54,013 nucleotides of DNA from a virus (Duplodnaviria; Heunggongvirae; Uroviricota; Caudoviricetes), in the IMG/VR virus record IMGVR_UViG_2778261162_000003. One strand, given 5' to 3'. Of this stretch, positions 35,801 to 46,601 are shown piece by piece; within the stretch, counting starts at the first letter, position 1, and each line of letters starts with the position of its first letter. A program made the translations under genes and the position numbers. The notes below the pieces were generated by a model. It was not told where the DNA came from. It saw nothing but the letters and a program-made list of their open reading frames with translations, and did not search any database.

Positions 35801-36330
35801 CCGCTAAAAATGCAGATATCAGTGGCAGTGTGAATGCGAACTCCGGGACGCTCAACAACGTTACGATAAATGAGAACTGTCAGATTAAAGGGAAACTGTC
35901 AGCCAACCAGATTGAAGGCGATATTGTCAAAACAGTGGGTAAGGCTTTCCCGCGGGACTCCCGGGCACCGGAGCGGTGGCCATCAGGGACCATTACCGTC
36001 AGGATTTATGACGATCAGCCTTTTGACAGGCAAATTGTTATTCCGGCGGTGGCATTCTGCGGCGCTAAACATGAGCGGGAGAATAACGATATTTATTCGT
36101 CATGCCGCCTGATAGTGAAGAAAAATGGTGCTGAAATTTATAACCGTACCGCGCTGGATAATACGCTGATTTACAGTGGTGTTATTGATATGCCAGCTGG
36201 TCACGGCCACATGACGCTGGAGTTTTCGGTGTCAGCATGGCTGGTAAATGACTGGTATCCCACAGCAAGTATCAGCGATTTGCTGGTTGTGGTGATGAAG
36301 AAAGCCACCGCAGGCATCAGTATCAGCTGA
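32852..36330 (+). pseudogene. J: Tail tip host-specificity protein J, interrupted by a -1 frameshift in a G-run (or sequencing error); C-terminal receptor-binding region appears divergent from lambda J
   Basis: ORF 32852-34204 matches lambda J residues 1 to about 445; frame changes at GGGG (34173-34176) where recalled lambda has GGGGG; downstream frame continues as [24 protein letters not shown]... matching lambda J to 36330. Confidence 0.85.
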
Positions 36331-36349
36331 ATTTTATAACCCATATACG

Positions 36350-36375
36350 GGCGCCAGAAATGGCGCCTTTTTTAT
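36350..36375 (+). terminator. Rho-independent terminator downstream of J
   Basis: Hairpin GGCGCC-AGAAAT-GGCGCC followed by TTTTTT. Confidence 0.7.
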
Positions 36376-36397
36376 TGCAGAAAAGCGAGAGGTAATT

Positions 36398-36997
36398 ATG
36401 CGTAAAGTTTGTGCAGCCATTTTGTCCGCAGCCATCTGTCTGGCCGTATCCGGTGCGCCTGCATGGGCGTCTGAGCAGCAGGCCACACTGAGCGCAGGGT
36501 ATCTTCATGCCCGTACGAACGCTCCCGGCAGCGATAATCTGAACGGGATTAACGTGAAATACCGTTATGAGTTTACGGACACGCTGGGGCTGATTACGTC
36601 ATTCAGTTATGCCAACGCTGAAGATGAGCAAAAAACGCATTACAGCGATACCCGCTGGCATGAAGATTCCGTGCGTAACCGCTGGTTCAGCGTGATGGCG
36701 GGGCCGTCTGTGCGCGTGAATGAATGGTTCAGCGCGTATGCGATGGCGGGTGTGGCTTACAGCCGTGTGTCGACTTTCTCCGGGGATTATCTGCAGGTGA
36801 CCGACAATACGGGGAAAACGCACGATGTGCTGATCGGAAGTGATGACGGTCGCCACAGCAACACGTCTCTGGCGTGGGGGGCTGGCGTGCAGTTTAACCC
36901 GACCGAATCCGTGGCCGTTGATGTCGCTTATGAAGGTTCCGGCAGTGGCGACTGGCGCACTGACGGTTTCATCGTGGGTGTCGGTTATAAATTCTGA
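36398..36997 (+). CDS. lom: Outer membrane protein Lom (Ail/Lom family)
   Basis: 199 aa with signal peptide; C-terminal ...[10 protein letters not shown] beta-barrel signature; matches lambda Lom. Confidence 0.9.
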   Translation: MRKVCAAILSAAICLAVSGAPAWASEQQATLSAGYLHARTNAPGSDNLNGINVKYRYEFTDTLGLITSFSYANAEDEQKTHYSDTRWHEDSVRNRWFSVMAGPSVRVNEWFSAYAMAGVAYSRVSTFSGDYLQVTDNTGKTHDVLIGSDDGRHSNTSLAWGAGVQFNPTESVAVDVAYEGSGSGDWRTDGFIVGVGYKF

Positions 36998-37024
36998 TTA
37001 GCCAGGTAACACAGTGTTATGACA

Positions 37025-37050
37025 GCCCGCCGGTTCAGGCGGGCTTTTTT
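37025..37050 (+). terminator. Rho-independent terminator downstream of lom
   Basis: Hairpin GCCCGCC-GGTTCA-GGCGGGC followed by TTTTTT. Confidence 0.7.
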
Positions 37051-37061
37051 GTGGGGTGAAT

Positions 37062-39890
37062 ATGGCAGTAAAGATTTCAGGTGTACTGAAAGACGGCACA
37101 GGAAAACCGGTACAGAACTGCACAATCCAGCTGAAAGCAAAACGTAACAGTACCACGGTGGTGGTGAACACGCTGGCCTCAGAAAATCCGGATGAAGCCG
37201 GGCGTTACAGCATGGACGTTGAGTACGGTCAGTACAGCGTTATTCTGTTGGTGGAAGGATTCCCGCCGTCACATGCCGGGACCATCACCGTGTATGAAGA
37301 TTCCCGACCCGGTACGCTGAATGATTTTCTCGGTGCCATGACGGAGGATGATGCCCGTCCTGAGGCACTGCGCCGTTTTGAACTGATGGTGGAAGAGGTG
37401 GCGCGTAACGCGTCCGCGGTGGCACAGAACACGGCAGCCGCGAAGAAGTCAGCCAGCGATGCCAGCACATCAGCCCGTGAGGCGGCAACCCATGCGACTG
37501 ATGCTGCAGGCTCAGCACGCGCAGCCAGCACGTCAGCCGGACAGGCTGCTTCGTCGGCTCAGTCAGCGTCTTCCAGCGCAGGAACGGCATCAACAAAGGC
37601 CACTGAAGCATTAAAAAGTGCTGCCGCTGCAGAGTCCTCAAAAAGCGCGGCGGCTACCAGTGCCGGTGCGGCGAAAACGTCAGAAACGAATGCGGCAGCG
37701 TCACAACAATCAGCAGCCACTTCTGCATCCGCCGCGACCACGAAGGCGTCAGAAGCAGCCACCTCAGCCCGGGATGCGGCGGCCTCAAAAGAGGCAGCGA
37801 AATCATCAGAAACGAACGCATCATCAAGCGCCAGTAGTGCCGCTTCCTCGGCAACGGCGGCAGGCAATTCCGCGAAGGCGGCAAAGACGTCTGAGACAAA
37901 CGCCAGGTCTTCTGAAACGGCAGCGGGACAGAGCGCCTCGGCTGCGGCAGGCTCAAAAACAGCGGCTGCGTCGTCTGCCAGTGCCGCGTCAACAAGTGCC
38001 GGGCAGGCCTCAGCCAGTGCCACCGCCGCCGGAAAATCGGCAGAAAGCGCCGCATCATCCGCTTCAACAGCCACAACGAAGGCTGGCGAAGCCACTGAAC
38101 AGGCCAGCGCAGCAGCGAGGTCTGCTTCCGCAGCGAAGACATCCGAAACGAACGCGAAAGCGTCGGAAACCAGCGCAGAATCCTCAAAAACGGCTGCCGC
38201 ATCGTCCGCCAGTTCGGCGGCGTCATCGGCATCATCTGCGTCTGCTTCAAAAGATGAGGCGACCAGACAGGCGTCAGCAGCGAGGGGCAGCGCCACGACG
38301 GCATCCACGAAGGCGACAGAGGCTGCTGGCAGTGCGGCAGCGGCAGCACAGAGCAAAAGTACGGCGGAATCCGCGGCAACGCGCGCCGAGACAGCAGCAA
38401 AACGGGCAGAGGATATTGCATCCGCCGTGGCGCTTGAGGATGCGAGCACGACGAAAAAGGGGATAGTACAGCTCAGCAGTGCGACTAACAGCACTTCCGA
38501 GTCACAGGCGGCAACGCCAAAAGCCGTTAAGGCCGCGTATGACCTGGCTAACGGGAAATACACCGCACAGGACGCTACGACAGCACAAAAAGGAATTGTC
38601 CAGCTCAGTAGTGCAACCAACAGCACATCTGAAACGCTTGCTGCGACACCGAAAGCAGTGAAAGCAGCTAATGACAATGCGAATGGTCGGGTACCTTCTG
38701 CCCGTAAGGTGAATGGTAAGGCGCTTTCAGCGGATATAACACTGACGCCGAAAGATATTGGTACGCTTAACTCAACAACAATGTCATTCAGCGGTGGTGC
38801 TGGTTGGTTCAAATTAGCAACGGTAACCATGCCACAGGCGAGTTCTGTTGTTTCAATTACGTTGATTGGTGGCGCTGGATTTAACGTGGGGTCACCTCAA
38901 CAGGCAGGTATATCTGAACTTGTTTTACGTGCAGGTAATGGTAATCCGAAGGGGATTACTGGTGCTTTATGGCAGCGCACATCGACAGGGTTTACAAATT
39001 TTGCCTGGGTCAATACATCTGGTGATACTTACGATATTTACGTTGCAATCGGAAATTATGCGACTGGTGTAAATATTCAATGGGATTATACCAGTAATGC
39101 CAGCGTGACGATTCATACGTCACCAGCATATTCTGCTAATAAGCCGGAAGGGTTAACGGACGGTACAGTTTATTCACTCTATACGCCATCAGAGCAGTTT
39201 TATCCGCCTGGCGCACCAATCCCGTGGCCATCAGATACCGTTCCGTCTGGCTATGCCCTGATGCAGGGGCAGACTTTTGACAAATCTGCATACCCGAAAC
39301 TTGCAGCCGCTTATCCGTCAGGCGTGATCCCTGATATGCGTGGCTGGACGATTAAGGGCAAACCTGCCAGTGGTCGGGCCGTATTGTCTCAGGAACAGGA
39401 CGGCATTAAATCGCATACCCACAGCGCCAGCGCATCCAGTACGGATTTGGGGACGAAAACCACATCGTCGTTTGATTACGGCACTAAATCCACGAATAAC
39501 ACTGGTGCGCATACCCATAGTTTAAGTGGCAGCACGAATGCAGCTGGTAATCACAGCCATAGAGATGGCCGTCGATTTAACCCCAGTGTTTTTAAAGATA
39601 CTTATCAATATGGTTATACAAGCTCAGGTCAAAATACCTGGGGTGTACAAGGCTCAGTAGGTATGTCTACGGGGTGGTTAGCGAATACCAGTACAGATGG
39701 TAATCATAGCCATTCACTGTCCGGCACAGCAGCATCTGCAGGTGCACACGCGCATACTGTCGGTATTGGTGCTCATACGCACTCCGTTGCGATTGGTTCA
39801 CATGGACACACCATCACCGTTAACGCTGCTGGTAACGCGGAAAACACCGTCAAAAACATCGCATTTAACTATATTGTGAGGCTTGCATAA
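37062..39890 (+). CDS. stf: Side tail fiber protein Stf (full length)
   Basis: N-terminal 110 aa match lambda Stf ([27 protein letters not shown]...); long Ala/Ser/Thr-rich repeat region; C-terminal domain with repeated His-x-His motifs ([42 protein letters not shown]). Confidence 0.9.
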   Translation: MAVKISGVLKDGTGKPVQNCTIQLKAKRNSTTVVVNTLASENPDEAGRYSMDVEYGQYSVILLVEGFPPSHAGTITVYEDSRPGTLNDFLGAMTEDDARPEALRRFELMVEEVARNASAVAQNTAAAKKSASDASTSAREAATHATDAAGSARAASTSAGQAASSAQSASSSAGTASTKATEALKSAAAAESSKSAAATSAGAAKTSETNAAASQQSAATSASAATTKASEAATSARDAAASKEAAKSSETNASSSASSAASSATAAGNSAKAAKTSETNARSSETAAGQSASAAAGSKTAAASSASAASTSAGQASASATAAGKSAESAASSASTATTKAGEATEQASAAARSASAAKTSETNAKASETSAESSKTAAASSASSAASSASSASASKDEATRQASAARGSATTASTKATEAAGSAAAAAQSKSTAESAATRAETAAKRAEDIASAVALEDASTTKKGIVQLSSATNSTSESQAATPKAVKAAYDLANGKYTAQDATTAQKGIVQLSSATNSTSETLAATPKAVKAANDNANGRVPSARKVNGKALSADITLTPKDIGTLNSTTMSFSGGAGWFKLATVTMPQASSVVSITLIGGAGFNVGSPQQAGISELVLRAGNGNPKGITGALWQRTSTGFTNFAWVNTSGDTYDIYVAIGNYATGVNIQWDYTSNASVTIHTSPAYSANKPEGLTDGTVYSLYTPSEQFYPPGAPIPWPSDTVPSGYALMQGQTFDKSAYPKLAAAYPSGVIPDMRGWTIKGKPASGRAVLSQEQDGIKSHTHSASASSTDLGTKTTSSFDYGTKSTNNTGAHTHSLSGSTNAAGNHSHRDGRRFNPSVFKDTYQYGYTSSGQNTWGVQGSVGMSTGWLANTSTDGNHSHSLSGTAASAGAHAHTVGIGAHTHSVAIGSHGHTITVNAAGNAENTVKNIAFNYIVRLA
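37400..38470 (+). repeat. Low-complexity Ala/Ser/Thr-rich coding repeat inside stf
   Basis: Iterated SAxSAxxAAT/KTSETNA units at protein level; GC-rich repetitive DNA producing long spurious ORFs on other frames and the opposite strand. Confidence 0.8.
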
Positions 39891-40465
39891 TGGCATTCAG
39901 AATGAGTGAACAACCACGGACCATAAAAATTTATAATCTGCTGGCCGGAACTAATGAATTTATTGGTGAAGGTGACGCATATATTCCGCCTCATACAGGT
40001 CTGCCAGCAAACAGTACCGATATTGCACCACCAGATATTCCTGCTGGCTTTGTGGCTGTTTTCAACAGTGATAAGGCATCGTGGCATCTTGTTGAAGACC
40101 ATCGGGGTAAAACGGTTTATGACGTAGCGTCAGGGGACGCGTTATTTATTTCTGAACTCGGTCCGTTACCGGAAAATGTTACCTGGTTATCGCCGGAAGG
40201 GGAGTTTCAGAAGTGGAACGGCACAGCCTGGGTGAAAGATGCAGAAGCAGAAAAACTGTTCCGGATCCGAGAGGCGGAAGAAACAAAAAACAGCCTGATG
40301 CAGGTAGCCAGTGAGCATATTGCGCCACTTCAGGATGCTGTAGATCTGGAAATCGCAACGGAGGAAGAAACCTCATTGCTGGAAGCCTGGAAAAAGTATC
40401 GGGTGTTGCTGAACCGTGTTGATACGTCAACTGCACAGGATATTGAATGGCCAGCACTGCCGTAG
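39890..40465 (+). CDS. tfa: Tail fiber assembly protein Tfa
   Basis: 191 aa; start overlaps the stf stop (TAATG); matches lambda Tfa family. Confidence 0.9.
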   Translation: MAFRMSEQPRTIKIYNLLAGTNEFIGEGDAYIPPHTGLPANSTDIAPPDIPAGFVAVFNSDKASWHLVEDHRGKTVYDVASGDALFISELGPLPENVTWLSPEGEFQKWNGTAWVKDAEAEKLFRIREAEETKNSLMQVASEHIAPLQDAVDLEIATEEETSLLEAWKKYRVLLNRVDTSTAQDIEWPALP

Positions 40466-40562
40466 GGTAAAACATATAAATTCTATAATTAGATGTATCT
40501 TTCCATTTACGGCAAGGAAGGGGGCTTGGAAGACGTAAAGCATCTCACACCGAGATTATTTT

Positions 40563-41153
40563 TTATATGTCAGGTGTCTGAAGTTTTGCTTTGGCTCTTA
40601 AAATGGTTTGCCGCGAGGTTTTGAATTCCCGGGCAATGGCACTTATACTTACACCTGACTTAATTCGTTCGAATACCACCTGTTTCTGTTCTTCATTTAA
40701 CACAGGTGGTCGACCAAAACGTTTCCCTGCGCCGCGGGCTCTTACTATCCCGGAATGAGTGCGTTCAAGTAAAAGGTCTCGTTCAAATTCAGCGACTGCT
40801 GAAATTACGTGCATCATCATTTTTCCTGTTGGACTGGTCAGGTCAATGCCCCCCAATGCTAAGCAATGCACTCTGATACCTGTTTCGGTCAGTTGTTCCA
40901 CTGTTTTCCTGATATCCATTGCATTACAACCAAGGCGATCCAGTTTTGTCACAATCAATTGATCACCACATTTCAGGCGAGCAAGCAACCGGTTAAAACC
41001 AGGACGCTCACTGGTTGCTGCTGAGCCGCTAATGTGTTCTTCGATTATTTGCTGAGGTTTGATTTTAAAACCTGCACTTTCGATTTCCCGGCGTTGATTT
41101 TCGATGGTCTGATCCAGCGTTGATATCCGACAGTAAGCAAAAATTCGAGACAT
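40563..41153 (-). CDS. pin: Pin/Gin/Hin/Cin-family serine DNA invertase
   Basis: 196 aa; N-terminal [15 protein letters not shown] with active-site Ser; C-terminal HTH; immediately follows tfa in convergent orientation. Confidence 0.9.
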   Translation of the reverse strand: MSRIFAYCRISTLDQTIENQRREIESAGFKIKPQQIIEEHISGSAATSERPGFNRLLARLKCGDQLIVTKLDRLGCNAMDIRKTVEQLTETGIRVHCLALGGIDLTSPTGKMMMHVISAVAEFERDLLLERTHSGIVRARGAGKRFGRPPVLNEEQKQVVFERIKSGVSISAIAREFKTSRQTILRAKAKLQTPDI

Positions 41154-41469
41154 AGTGAGACTCTATACGAAATTGGTGTTCATATCATAATGCATCTCAG
41201 AAAATAATTTTGATTATTTTTGTGCATATTTGTATGTACACGTTCGAAAATAAACGAATGCGTATGCAACCCCGTAATTTTGGTGAGACCCAAAATCGAT
41301 TTTGTGAAAAATGGCTTTAACTCGGTTTGTTTTTCGAGTTCCGGGCGGACTCAAGGAAGAAGAATAGTGTTGCGTGTTATTTTAACCAGATTTCAAGTTG
41401 TTTGATCGTGGAAAAGTGGAGCAAAATGTTGTTAAAGTGGAAAAATGATAAAAAAGTAAGTTTATTATA

Positions 41470-41736
41470 TTACATTTTACCATTTAAATTTTGGTTGTCT
41501 TTAAGAACTGATATCGCTGTTTGTAATAATTCTTTGTTATCCAGCCATGATTTTTTCTTTATGTTTCCTTCAATGTAATCAAGCAATGTTCTGGTATTGA
41601 TAGGTCTTCCCTGTTTTGCTACTTCCACTACAGCATCCCCTAGGATAATTCTTACTTCAGGAAGCTGCGCAGGGAACCACTTTAGGGTGTCTTTTGATTT
41701 CATGAAGATATTCCTTAAAATATTATTGATTTTCAT
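41470..41736 (-). CDS. Hypothetical protein
   Basis: 88-aa ORF in AT-rich cargo region; no recognised similarity. Confidence 0.35.
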   Translation of the reverse strand: MKINNILRNIFMKSKDTLKWFPAQLPEVRIILGDAVVEVAKQGRPINTRTLLDYIEGNIKKKSWLDNKELLQTAISVLKDNQNLNGKM

Positions 41737-42204
41737 TGCGATATTGTATGTCTGATTCAGGATATGTTGACTTATACATCGGTTTTGTCTGGGTTATTGG
41801 ATATGCCAATCCCTAATTTTATTAGGGCATGACTAAAAATGCTGAATATGATAAGGAGAGAAGTGATTATCAGTATGCTGTTCATATAGCCTCGAATTAG
41901 TAATGTGTTATATATGATATAGTTGACAATTTTTATCCTGGGTGTTCTTAAAGTTCGTAGATAAACATTGTCGTTTCAGGTATACAGGAATGCTAACAGG
42001 TGGCGGCAAAAATCAGGCGGTTTATGGCGCAAGCTGAAGTGGCAACTGCAAACTATCTTATGCAGAGACTCTACACGGATTGGGTTTAAAAGTATACATA
42101 GATAACAGTTTTTATCTGAAGAAGAAAAATATCAAGGTGATATAGCCTATATGCCTATGATGCGGAGGAATGAATGTGATGGGAGTGATGTATCTGAATA
42201 GTTG

Positions 42205-42243
42205 AAAAACCGCAGACACGCCTTATGCAAGAACGTGCTGCGG
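42205..42243 (-). terminator. Putative rho-independent terminator of the methyltransferase gene
   Basis: Inverted repeat CCGCAGACACG...CGTGCTGCGG followed on the minus strand by a U-run, directly downstream of the stop at 42251. Confidence 0.5.
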
Positions 42244-42250
42244 TTGGATG

Positions 42251-42919
42251 CTATTTTTTCCCTGAAGCGGAAAACATTACTACAGTACCTTGAACCTTGG
42301 TTTTAACATTCTCGAAATGCTCTGAGAGTATATGTGTTAAGCCTTCTTCGGAATCTTTTGTGTTTGAAAAGATGCCTTTCTGATTGTAAATGCGCATCAG
42401 TTTTTGACCGAAGCTATTGTGCACAACTCCATCGCCAAGAATTGTGGCTCCGTATAGAGTTCCATCGTCAGTTAAGGCCTGCGCCGCATTGCGTATTACA
42501 CAGCTTTTTGTAGATATATTTCCAGGCAGGCAGTGAAGAAGGTAAAACATGGAAATGGAATCAAATTGACCATGTAACGCCGCGGGATAAGGTTCAAAAA
42601 CATCATGGTTAATTTTATGTTTAATTTTTGATTCCCCAGCCCTTGTAGATGCCGCGTTCAGGCTAGCTTCGTTCAAATCCATTAAAGATATCAGACTACT
42701 CTCAGGTACGTGAGTAAGGTAAAACCCAGTTCCAACACCAATATCCAGATGGTTGTTACCTAAATGTTCCAGAAAGTGTGGAAGAAGGTGTTCCTTTGTA
42801 GGACATCCCCATGCAAGCCGATTTGATACTCCCAAAACCCACCAGTCATAAAGCTTTAGGGTAAGTGGTGTGTAAATTTTAGCCCCATCATCTGTGTTTT
42901 TTTTCATTAATTTCACCAT
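42251..42919 (-). CDS. ybcY: Class I SAM-dependent methyltransferase (YbcY-like), apparently intact
   Basis: 222 aa; SAM-binding motif LDIGVGTGF; AT-rich; position corresponds to K-12 ybcY. Confidence 0.7.
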   Translation of the reverse strand: MVKLMKKNTDDGAKIYTPLTLKLYDWWVLGVSNRLAWGCPTKEHLLPHFLEHLGNNHLDIGVGTGFYLTHVPESSLISLMDLNEASLNAASTRAGESKIKHKINHDVFEPYPAALHGQFDSISMFYLLHCLPGNISTKSCVIRNAAQALTDDGTLYGATILGDGVVHNSFGQKLMRIYNQKGIFSNTKDSEEGLTHILSEHFENVKTKVQGTVVMFSASGKK

Positions 42920-42975
42920 GTTATAGTTTTATTTGTGAATTAAATCAATTATGGCGATGAATTACAAGGGGTTAA

Positions 42976-43281
42976 ATGCTGCCGCAGCATAGCGATATTG
43001 AAATAGCCTGGTATGCTTCGATACAGCAGGAGCCGAATGGCTGGAAGACCGTCACCACACAGTTCTACATCCAGGAATTCAGTGAGTATATTGCGCCACT
43101 GCAGGATGCTGTAGATCTGGAAATCGCAACGGAGGAAGAAAGATCGTTGCTGGAGGCATGGAATAAATATCGGGTATTGTTGAATCGAGTTGATACATCA
43201 GTAGCTCTGGGTATGAAGCTGTTTGTAACTCATGTTACAGTAACAGTCATTACTATCTCGAAGGTGCAAAATGTATATTGA
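42976..43281 (+). pseudogene. Tail fiber assembly gene fragment (tfaX-like 3' remnant)
   Basis: ORF contains [37 protein letters not shown], near-identical to the Tfa C-terminus; about 120 nt of DNA similarity to 40318-40440; no Tfa N-terminal part. Confidence 0.75.
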
Positions 43282-43464
43282 TTTGATATTTTATAAATTT
43301 ACTTCGAATCTGGCACGTCAACTTTTGATTAAAGTAATATCAGTTTTCGGCGAAAAAAGGACCGTGTACATGAGACGATTTCATACAATAATAACAAAAA
43401 TATGAATATGCTCCCAATGCAATATATGTTTTGCATTGGGAGCAAATAGCGGAATATTTTGAAA

Positions 43465-44949
43465 TTATTGTATTTCTGCTTCAGAATTTCCTGGGCAGTA
43501 TATATTTTCTATTTTTTGTGGAGTGATCAGGTAATGTACAACTGCTTTATCTACACATAAATTAACTCCGGTGAGAGCTAATGTATGCCCATCACCATTT
43601 ATTGTTAGTAACGGGCTGGAAAATTTCTCTGCCATCTTACGGGCATTAATCCAGGGCGTTGTTGGGTCGTATTTGTGTGCTACAAACAGTAAACCAGAGG
43701 GCAGAACAGTATTTTTCAGGCGAGTTTTGTTCAGGTCGCTATGTATTGGCCATAATTCACAAAAATCAGGTGAATCGGAACGTCCATTGTCAAAGTTAAT
43801 AGCCGGGAAGGCATTCGCAAGAGCGTCTTTTCGGGATTTTCGCTCTTCTGGTGTTAATTGCTCATCCCCCTGATCTACACAGAGGATTACCCCCGAAGCA
43901 TCGCTTGACTCTTCTGAGGCTATCGGAGCACTGAGCGCAGTTTCAATTTCATTACTGACAATCCCCTGAGAGAACTGGCGTATGGCAGTTGCAAGGGTTG
44001 GCCATGATGAACGCCATAGCAGAAGGTCTGTTGTTAATGATATGAGTTCATCTGAAGATATATTTTCTCCCTTACTGTCTAATAAAGGTTTGTGATGTAA
44101 TTTTGATAATAGCTCATGGAACTGAGTTATTGCCTTATCTCTGTCTGAAGAAAGCGGGCAACTTTTTGTACGCGCACACCAGGATGCAAAGCGATCAAAC
44201 GTTTCCTGATAACTCTGTGCCTGTTTGAGTTGCCATGTGAAGTTGTCCTCCAGGTCATCGATATCGACGACTCCATCAAGAACGATAGATCTTACGTTGT
44301 AGGGAAAACGTTCTGCATATAAGGCTGCAATTTGAGTTCCATACGAATACGCCACGGCTGTCAGTTGTTTATCCCCCAAGGCTTGCCTAATACGATCAAT
44401 ATCGTATACAGCCTCGTTAGAGCCGATATGGCGAATGACTTCGGCTCCGGTATTATGGATACAGGCATTAATTTTATTTAATACTTGTTGCTTTTCGGTT
44501 ATGTTTTCCTGAGTCTCTGTATCTGATTGCCGGCAGTTTATTGTCGGAGTGGACTGTCCGACGCCTCGAGGATCAAATCCAATAATATCCCATGACTCAC
44601 GAAGATTTGTGACTGGCCAGTCAAAGTTAATATAAGGATTTATGCCTGGTAACCCGGGACCACCACTTATTATCAGGATACTTCCTTTATGCTTGCTTTT
44701 TGCCGGCAATTTTGTCAACGCTAGTTTGACTTGTGATTTTTTTTCATAAGAAGCATCTCCGCCTGTGTCTGTATATTTTAATGGAACAGACAAATAACCA
44801 CATAGTAAGTCAGGAGACGGTTTTTCCTCACCAAACCAGTGGTTGAATTGACTGGCCATACAGGATTGCCACTGTATCTGCTGGGCAGATACGGTTACTG
44901 GTAGAAGTAACGTTAAAACAACTTTGAAATGAGTGATTATTTTTCGCAT
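43465..44949 (-). CDS. Secreted alpha/beta-hydrolase, S33 (TAP/tripeptidyl aminopeptidase-like) family
   Basis: 494 aa; signal peptide; oxyanion-hole-like ISGGPGLPG; nucleophile elbow AYSYGT (x-S-x-G); family assignment from motifs only. Confidence 0.6.
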   Translation of the reverse strand: MRKIITHFKVVLTLLLPVTVSAQQIQWQSCMASQFNHWFGEEKPSPDLLCGYLSVPLKYTDTGGDASYEKKSQVKLALTKLPAKSKHKGSILIISGGPGLPGINPYINFDWPVTNLRESWDIIGFDPRGVGQSTPTINCRQSDTETQENITEKQQVLNKINACIHNTGAEVIRHIGSNEAVYDIDRIRQALGDKQLTAVAYSYGTQIAALYAERFPYNVRSIVLDGVVDIDDLEDNFTWQLKQAQSYQETFDRFASWCARTKSCPLSSDRDKAITQFHELLSKLHHKPLLDSKGENISSDELISLTTDLLLWRSSWPTLATAIRQFSQGIVSNEIETALSAPIASEESSDASGVILCVDQGDEQLTPEERKSRKDALANAFPAINFDNGRSDSPDFCELWPIHSDLNKTRLKNTVLPSGLLFVAHKYDPTTPWINARKMAEKFSSPLLTINGDGHTLALTGVNLCVDKAVVHYLITPQKIENIYCPGNSEAEIQ

Positions 44950-45135
44950 TGTGTCTCTGAATATCGGAATAAAGATAAGATTTGAATATATTGAGGTCTT
45001 GTGTTGCGGTAAGAGATTACACGTTATGACATAGGTTAAATGCTTACAAAATTAGTGGATATTGCCTACTTGTAACTGTAAACAAATTCCCCGGGGTTAT
45101 ACAATACCACCGGGGAGAAAATCTGGTTAACTTCG

Positions 45136-46089
45136 TTAAAAGGTGTACTTAAGACCAGCAGTAGTGATGAAGTTATAGTTTTCTATGCCTGCACCATTTT
45201 TGCTGTAGTCTGAAGTGTTATCATTGTGATCATAAAGTGAAGTATTACCTTTTTTATTCGTAACCCGATTCCATGCGCCTTCAACATAAACTTTTGCGTT
45301 AGGTGTTACGTAATAACCTGCATTGACTGCAACAGAATAGTAATTTTGGTCTTTGACTTTACTGCGATAAGTGATTCTTTTTCCTGGGTCATAGTGCTCA
45401 TCGTTATCAGATGCTTCCACCCAGCCGCTGTATTTAAATGTGCCACCTAGCTCAAAATCTTCATAACGATAACTTCCAGTCAAGCCAATGTAGGGCATTT
45501 TAAAACGTTGTTTGTAGCCGATTGCTCTTTCTCCATTCGGGAAGGAGCCGATATCATCTCTGAATCCCTCCTCAGAACTGTAGATATAGGAACCACCTCT
45601 GGCTGTAAAGCTATAACGGCTTTCCTGATATCCGGCCATGAGTCCCAGGCGGTAATTGGGTTCGTTGAGGAGCCAGCCTTTGATATTCAGATCAAATTCG
45701 TTGGCATAATTGAGTTGTGTATCAGGGTGCCTACTTTCATCTGTCCAGGTTCCGGGGTTACTGGAATCCATCCAGTCCTGATCGACCATATTGCCACCTC
45801 GGCTGCCGAGAGTAGTCCAGCCCGCAGCCCCAATAGATATCTGGGGCATCAAATCCCAATTAATTGCACCTTTAATAATTGCAGCGTTATTGAATTTCCA
45901 GTCGAGTTGACTGACTTTTCGGCCTCCTTCTTCAGCTAGATAAACGCGCTCTTTTGTTTTTCCGCTCAGAGTTCCAAGACTAATGTCCGCATTTATGTTG
46001 TCAGGAGTAAACGATATAGTCTCGGTAGAAGCAAAAGAGCTGATCGCAATAGGGGTTGTCAGAACTATTCCCAGAAGTTTCGCCCGCAT
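45136..46089 (-). CDS. ompT: Outer membrane protease OmpT (omptin)
   Basis: 317 aa, matches E. coli OmpT (MRAKLLGIVLTTPIAISSFA...TAGLKYTF). Confidence 0.95.
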   Translation of the reverse strand: MRAKLLGIVLTTPIAISSFASTETISFTPDNINADISLGTLSGKTKERVYLAEEGGRKVSQLDWKFNNAAIIKGAINWDLMPQISIGAAGWTTLGSRGGNMVDQDWMDSSNPGTWTDESRHPDTQLNYANEFDLNIKGWLLNEPNYRLGLMAGYQESRYSFTARGGSYIYSSEEGFRDDIGSFPNGERAIGYKQRFKMPYIGLTGSYRYEDFELGGTFKYSGWVEASDNDEHYDPGKRITYRSKVKDQNYYSVAVNAGYYVTPNAKVYVEGAWNRVTNKKGNTSLYDHNDNTSDYSKNGAGIENYNFITTAGLKYTF

Positions 46090-46511
46090 AAAAGTTCTCC
46101 ATTCAATCGTTTTAATGATTGAATATGTATTTTTTATATCTAACTTAATGAGTCAATCACATATTGCTCCACTGTTTATATTTTGTTTAGTATTGAATGA
46201 TTATCACAATGCGCTATCTGTTTTTGGTTTAATTATCTGTTATTGTTTTATGTTGCGGTTTTACTGTGTGGTTTTTTATGCTTTTGTGGTGTTTTTATCT
46301 ATTTAAGCGCCATGCCTTTAAAGGCATATAAGCGAAAATAGCATGAGGTTTATCCTCAATTGCTATGTTTTTTAGTACAAAAAAGAGGGACAAAACTGAG
46401 ACACATAAGGCCTCACAATGGCTTGCAAGGCTTTACATGTTTTGAGGTAGTGGGACGTGTGAGCGCAGAGATGGCGCGGTAATTTGTTGACTTAAAATGT
46501 CGTTCTAGGAA

Positions 46512-46556
46512 CTTCTAAGTCGTGGGCCGCAGGTTCGAATCCTGCAGGGCGCGCCA
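46512..46556 (+). pseudogene. pauD: Partial tRNA-Arg(UCU) 3' segment (pauD-like); probable prophage attR core
   Basis: CTTCTAAGTCGTGGGCCGCAGGTTCGAATCCTGCAGGGCGCGCCA equals the anticodon-loop-to-CCA part of argU tRNA; no 5' half present. Confidence 0.8.
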
Positions 46557-46601
46557 TTTCTTCTTCATTTATGCCCGTCTTATCCGTTTCCGCTTTGCCC
46601 T

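Noticed and set aside
37559-38830. Long ORFs on the opposite strand and alternative frames within stf (423 aa, 282 aa and 255 aa; Ala/Arg/Pro-rich)
   Set aside because: They lie entirely within the GC-rich Ala/Ser-repeat coding region of stf; low-complexity translations typical of repeat shadows, and the stf frame matches lambda Stf
41270-41300. Inverted repeat ATTTTGG-N-CCAAAAT upstream of pin, considered as a gix/hix-type crossover site
   Set aside because: Polarity of the half-sites is opposite to the AAACC...GGTTT core of Gin/Hin/Pin sites; more likely an operator or chance palindrome
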